Shown one piece after another: positions 59,263 through 64,000 of a stretch of DNA of 64,000 nucleotides. This DNA is from Candidatus Micrarchaeia archaeon (GTDB taxonomy: Archaea; Micrarchaeota; Micrarchaeia; CABMEP01). The notes beneath the pieces are model-generated. The model worked only from the letters and a program-made list of their open reading frames with translations, had not been told where the DNA came from and made no database searches. Position 1 is the first letter of the stretch; the number at the start of each line of letters is the position of its first letter. The position numbers and the translations under genes were made by a program. The stretch covers positions 18,305 to 82,304 of the forward strand of contig JAVZPM010000003.1 in NCBI GenBank assembly GCA_038881595.1. The letters are read 5' to 3'.

Positions 59263-62200
59263 TTACTGTTTCTTAATAATCACTGACTGATGGATAATAA
59301 TCCTGTCGGATTCCACTGTGTAATCTGTTATATTTGTCTTTGAACCGTCTGCGCCGATATACTCGATTGACGCAATTTCCTTTCCTTTTGCATTTTCAGG
59401 CAATGGTATTATAATCTCATCAAGTTTAACATCTGCAGCTGTATTAGTTATTGAATATATGAATTTATTTTCATTTTCGATATAGTTTGGAATAGCGGTC
59501 AAAACTGTATCTAATATAACTGAGAATGTACTTGTTATCTTCTGAGTAGATGGAATAGAAATCAAAGAATCTGTATAGCTATAACTATAGAACGTCTTTC
59601 CAAACCTATCAACTATTGAATTAATAGTTTTTATTACTTGAGACGGCACAAAGTCTGTAACCTTGAACTGGAAGTCTGAAATCTTGTTTGTTGCAAAATA
59701 AAGATTAATATTGCATTTATCTTGAGAACAGATGAGTGATTTCTTTGCAGAAATTTGTGTCTCAACAATACAGATATTTGCAGTAAGTGTAATTTGATTA
59801 TCTTCAAATCCTGACTTTGATGCACGAATACTGTAGTCTCCACTCAATAAAGGCGTAAATTCAAATCTTCCATTTGAATCTGCTGTTCCTCCCGTAACAA
59901 ACATGCCGCTGGACTTAAACAAAATAGTAACTGAAGCACCAGGTTCTGTTATTACATATGCTAGTGAATTAGTACAATTCATCCAACCAGATAATGGAAT
60001 CTTTGTTAATGGTGGCATTACTGGTGGTGAAGTGGGTGGGCCAGCAACTATAAATGTATAATTACCACTTCCTCTATTTCCAGCCATATCTAATCCATAA
60101 CCTATAACTATATCACCAGATTGCAAAGAGTAGATTGAATGGTGCTCCAATGATAGAGATCTTGCCCGCTTGGCAGCTCCGGTTGGGATTGTAAGGAAAT
60201 CAAACCTCTTTTCACTGCCTCTTATTATTTCTGAATCAGATCCAGCATATGCCCAAGGCATTGAGATAAATTCACTTGTAACTTCGAAATCTGAATCAAC
60301 ACTTGGATATGCATCAAGATTTGCTGTTATGTTGATTGCAACCTTGCACATTCTTCCATATGGGATTCTAAATCTATATGGAGAACAGTTTTGTAGGTAT
60401 TGAGTAAGGTTGAGTTGTCTTATCATTGTACTGTTCTCGATTTCCATAACTCCATCGTTTAGGAAGTCAATATTGAATGTTATGTTCTCTGAAGGACTTG
60501 ATATTATTGAGATGTTTGAAACCTTGGAATACTTTGGAACATCTATGTAGAGGATTGTAGATGATGAGGAGTTTGTAAATGTTACTGTTTTGACCTCACT
60601 CCCATCATTGAATCCATCAATATATGAGGGGGAGTTTAAATCGTAGGCATTTCTTAAGTCATAATCAATGGTTATAGAACTGATTCTGACCTTGCCTTTT
60701 GTTGATGAATTAAGTGTTAACGGTATTAAGACATTTCCTTTCTGGTCAGAGTCTGCGCTTGATGTATAATTCCTTAACGCATAAACAAATGGTGCAATTA
60801 CTTGTATAGAAGTATTGAATTGACCAGAATATGTAACAAATGGTGTTCCAGATAACGTTGATCCATTTCCTATCCACATATTGACATTGGATGGGTAAGA
60901 ACCTTCCCACTCTTCTCCACTTAATGTTATCTGTGCTGATTTTATGTATGACTTGACAGGCAATGAAATAACTAGGACATCGGTTCCTCCATCGCTTAGA
61001 TAGAAAACATCAGACTCATGCTTTGGTATTCCAACAAGAGATGTGATTGTGCCACTAGTGTTTACATCTGGCAACTTGATTCCAGATGAATATGAATAAT
61101 TGAAATTGAATTCTGAAATATTGAATTCTCCATCATTCAAACCGTTGATGCTAATATAGAATAAACAATACGAACCGTTATGCAGCTGACTGCAGTTTCC
61201 AAGAGCTGATTGCATACTTGAAGTTAAGTCTAACGTAATAGGTGAAGAGAGAGAAGAGATTTCATTAAAGTAATATCTTTCAGCTGAAGATAGTGAAGTT
61301 ATGTTATTTCTTAAATAGATTGAAATATTGAATGAAGGAGTTCCTGAAAGAGGTGAAAGTGTGATTGTTGCGTTACTGACTATTGCCCCATTTGGCAGGA
61401 ATAGTGGAATAATTTGATCTGAATTCACTTCCTTATAATCATTGCCTCTTCCATCATCTCTCTGAGCCACTTGTTGTAATGGATCTAAATAATCTGCAAT
61501 AACTATAGAACCAGATTGACGTAGAGAGACTGTTGGACTTACATTGTCAAAACTTATAAGATCGGATTCCTTCTTTCCTATTAAGAAATCAATTGAACCA
61601 TTAATAATGCTAAGCTTTAGCTTGAAAGATCTTTCATTAGAATCAAAAATAAATTTTCCTCCAAGGTCTTTTATAAATCCATTTTCATCGATTTCAACTG
61701 AAGAAACATTACCTGCTTCACTTGTGTTGAAATCCTCTGAAAGGTTTACCTTGAATTCAATAGGTAATGGAGTTACCAAAGATAAACCTTTTCTTTCTTC
61801 AACTGGCAAATATACTGATTCATATGTTCCAAACAAATAATGCAGTCTTGCATTCACTATTGAGTTTTCAGCAGCTAAATGCATTAAAGGAAGATCTGTT
61901 ATTACGAAGACTTCATTTTCTAGCCTGCTTAAGACAAGATTGTCATGCGGTGATGATGGGTTGTATGGCATTGAAATTGACAACTTTCCATCCTTTGATG
62001 CAAAGTTATAGCTTGAAGAATTTAATCTGAATCTTGCTTCCTTGTTCCATCCATCCGCTTCTTTATAAGGAAATTCATCTGAGACATCTGAAACATTTTG
62101 GAAGTCTAATAGATTCACATATGGATAAGATTGTCTTCCCCAGTAGTTTCCATGAATATCACTGGTTAATAAGATCTTTCCTGATCCATTCACCAGTGAA

Positions 62201-64000
62201 TCTGAGGATATAATCTTTGAGAAGTTGAAAATATTGTTTCTGAAAACATTAATTGAAATATTCTTAGATTCAAAGCCAGCTGAATTTCTTAAATGTATGA
62301 AACTGTTTTGGTTGCTTATGTTTGAATCTGAAATTGATAGATATAGGTTATCTGTTGATGAAACATCAACATCAATCACATCTGCATTACTTGCTGTTTG
62401 AAGGCTAATATCTGATGATATTATTGTTATTATGCTATTTTGTCCAGAAATGGAAATGCCTTTCACTCCATTAGAATTCTGAATTTGTGAGCTGAAAATG
62501 CTTACATTAGACGATGACATATATAATGTATCAGATTGGCTGTTCTTGATAATTGTATTATTTATGATAACGTTTGAAAGATTTGCAACCATACCTTTTG
62601 AACTGCTATTCTCAAATCTTGAATTATTAATTTCTGCATCAGTATATATAAGTTCGATTTGTCCTCCATTATGTGTTACATTGTAAATCTTTGCATCAGT
62701 TACATTGATCATTTGGATATCTGGATCGTAATGAGAGATTATTATGTTTTGAATTGTAATGTTTGCCCTATCCTGTGCAAATATTCCTGGAATAATTGGG
62801 TTTCCAAGATTACGTACCTCATATCCCTGACCATCAAGAGTAACATTATCTGCATCTATGAATATACAAGTGACATTAGTTGAATAAATATTATTCACAA
62901 GATAGTAGTCTCCAGGCAGTGTTATGTCCAAGCAGTTGTTTGGATAGAATGGCGATGTTGAATCTAATTCCACACCAGTGACAGTTGCGGTTGCATTGTT
63001 TCCAGACAGATCAAAGGAGGTTACATTTATTGTATAAATATCATCTGGAAGAGTGAAATCTATGGTGAATGTTCCATATTGATTTGTAGTGTAATTTAGA
63101 ATAGATTCTGATGCGTTATATATTGAGATTTGAGTGTAATTGAGATTGTCATCAAATATTGTAAGATTTAAAACTATTGTGTCTCCTACAATATACTGGC
63201 CAGATGAAGGCGAATTAATCATTACACCAGGTATTTCATTATCTATTATTATATTATTAATTTCAGATACAGTTACAGCATGCCCTACTTTATCAAAAAT
63301 TGTAATGTTAATTGAATAGTTTCCATTAGGCAGTCCTGTTGTTGGCAATGATATTGTAATATTTACATTTCCACTAATAGTCAAGGTCTCTGAAATGTTT
63401 GATACTATTTGTCCTGAGCTGTTTATGAGTAGAGCTGTATAGTTTGCAGGATTGGTTTCATTGTAATTGAATTTAAGCTGGACTGGAACACTGCTCCTTA
63501 AATAAATCGGAGAAGATTGCAATGGAGAAAGAATTGTGAGATGTGGTATAATAGTATCTATTGTTATATCTGTTACATTGCTTGAATTTTCATTTCCTGC
63601 TTTATCATATGCAGTTGCAGTTATATTATAGATTCCATCATTTTGGACTTCGAGTTGGACTGACCATGAAGTACTAGTTGTGATTGTTGAATTAATTAGT
63701 GTGCTACCTTGCCAGATTGAGATATTTGTATAATTGTAGTTTAGATCAGATGAAGTACCAGTTATTGTTATTGTCTTTGAATTGATGTATGAATTTGAAG
63801 ATGGAGATGTGATAGAGACAGATGGAGAGATTGTGTCGATTGTTATATTCCGAACCGAGGATGAATTATTGTATCCTGCTTTATCATATGCAGTTGCAGT
63901 TATATTATAGATTCCATCATTTTGGACTTCGAGTTGGACTGACCATGAAGTACTAGTTGTGATTGTTGAATTAATTAGTGTGCTACCTTGCCAGATTGAG
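59263..64000 (-). CDS. Giant surface glycoprotein (Ig-like repeats, beta-helix-like region); 5' end outside window
   Basis: Frame is open from 63999 to the stop at 59263; DxAGN Ig-like repeats, ITLDGQG/NITIQN beta-helix region, very many N-x-S/T sequons. Confidence 0.88.
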   Translation of the reverse strand, partial: SIWQGSTLINSTITTSTSWSVQLEVQNDGIYNITATAYDKAGYNNSSSVRNITIDTISPSVSITSPSSNSYINSKTITITGTSSDLNYNYTNISIWQGSTLINSTITTSTSWSVQLEVQNDGIYNITATAYDKAGNENSSNVTDITIDTIIPHLTILSPLQSSPIYLRSSVPVQLKFNYNETNPANYTALLINSSGQIVSNISETLTISGNVNITISLPTTGLPNGNYSINITIFDKVGHAVTVSEINNIIIDNEIPGVMINSPSSGQYIVGDTIVLNLTIFDDNLNYTQISIYNASESILNYTTNQYGTFTIDFTLPDDIYTINVTSFDLSGNNATATVTGVELDSTSPFYPNNCLDITLPGDYYLVNNIYSTNVTCIFIDADNVTLDGQGYEVRNLGNPIIPGIFAQDRANITIQNIIISHYDPDIQMINVTDAKIYNVTHNGGQIELIYTDAEINNSRFENSSSKGMVANLSNVIINNTIIKNSQSDTLYMSSSNVSIFSSQIQNSNGVKGISISGQNSIITIISSDISLQTASNADVIDVDVSSTDNLYLSISDSNISNQNSFIHLRNSAGFESKNISINVFRNNIFNFSKIISSDSLVNGSGKILLTSDIHGNYWGRQSYPYVNLLDFQNVSDVSDEFPYKEADGWNKEARFRLNSSSYNFASKDGKLSISMPYNPSSPHDNLVLSRLENEVFVITDLPLMHLAAENSIVNARLHYLFGTYESVYLPVEERKGLSLVTPLPIEFKVNLSEDFNTSEAGNVSSVEIDENGFIKDLGGKFIFDSNERSFKLKLSIINGSIDFLIGKKESDLISFDNVSPTVSLRQSGSIVIADYLDPLQQVAQRDDGRGNDYKEVNSDQIIPLFLPNGAIVSNATITLSPLSGTPSFNISIYLRNNITSLSSAERYYFNEISSLSSPITLDLTSSMQSALGNCSQLHNGSYCLFYISINGLNDGEFNISEFNFNYSYSSGIKLPDVNTSGTITSLVGIPKHESDVFYLSDGGTDVLVISLPVKSYIKSAQITLSGEEWEGSYPSNVNMWIGNGSTLSGTPFVTYSGQFNTSIQVIAPFVYALRNYTSSADSDQKGNVLIPLTLNSSTKGKVRISSITIDYDLRNAYDLNSPSYIDGFNDGSEVKTVTFTNSSSSTILYIDVPKYSKVSNISIISSPSENITFNIDFLNDGVMEIENSTMIRQLNLTQYLQNCSPYRFRIPYGRMCKVAINITANLDAYPSVDSDFEVTSEFISMPWAYAGSDSEIIRGSEKRFDFLTIPTGAAKRARSLSLEHHSIYSLQSGDIVIGYGLDMAGNRGSGNYTFIVAGPPTSPPVMPPLTKIPLSGWMNCTNSLAYVITEPGASVTILFKSSGMFVTGGTADSNGRFEFTPLLSGDYSIRASKSGFEDNQITLTANICIVETQISAKKSLICSQDKCNINLYFATNKISDFQFKVTDFVPSQVIKTINSIVDRFGKTFYSYSYTDSLISIPSTQKITSTFSVILDTVLTAIPNYIENENKFIYSITNTAADVKLDEIIIPLPENAKGKEIASIEYIGADGSKTNITDYTVESDRIIIHQSVIIKKQ
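63595..64000. repeat. Exact intragenic direct repeat, 279-bp period
   Basis: 63595-63721 is identical to 63874-64000 (127 bp, cut by the window end); 93-aa Ig-like unit. Confidence 0.9.

Noticed and set aside
241..62883. Numerous 60-145 aa ORFs antisense or out of frame to recognised genes
   Set aside because: Shadow ORFs with no motifs, overlapping confident genes
1..64000. CRISPR arrays, rRNA, transposases, integrases, inteins
   Set aside because: None seen; MCM and DP1 have normal lengths and no att-like tRNA 3' duplications were noticed

Overview
Core-chromosome window of an AT-rich (about 30% GC) archaeon. It is most likely a DPANN Micrarchaeota-like lineage (inference: PolD, separate PriS/PriL, compact MetRS, GGTGA ribosome-binding sites). 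It holds the PolD subunits, the large uL3-to-SecY/adk/cmk ribosomal operon, rubrerythrin and desulfoferrodoxin, and a bacterial-type DXR of the MEP pathway. It also holds the priL-priS-GINS-eL42-eS27-aIF2a-Nop10-PAC2 cluster, DinB, CysRS, MetRS, MCM, a presenilin homologue, XPF, Nre, and a surface-protein cluster running off the window end. Features read from the sequence and missing from the ORF track: four tRNAs (Arg-TCT with a 74-nt palindromic BHB intron, Cys, Lys, Ile), an RNase P RNA with type-M-like reduced structure, a C/D-box guide RNA upstream of priL, a structured leader on the r-protein operon, uS14, eS27, the DP2 N-terminus, a 58-aa orphan ORF in the r-protein operon and several pseudogenes. 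The best candidate for an undescribed system is a ~700-bp GC-rich island (50180-50990). It encodes a coiled-coil/winged-helix protein with structured 5' and 3' flanks, next to a helically phased array of four TCATGA palindromes between face-to-face promoters. A secreted protein with outer-membrane beta-barrel hallmarks (55118-56287) and the archaeal dxr are also notable. All calls are by eye; no database searches were run.
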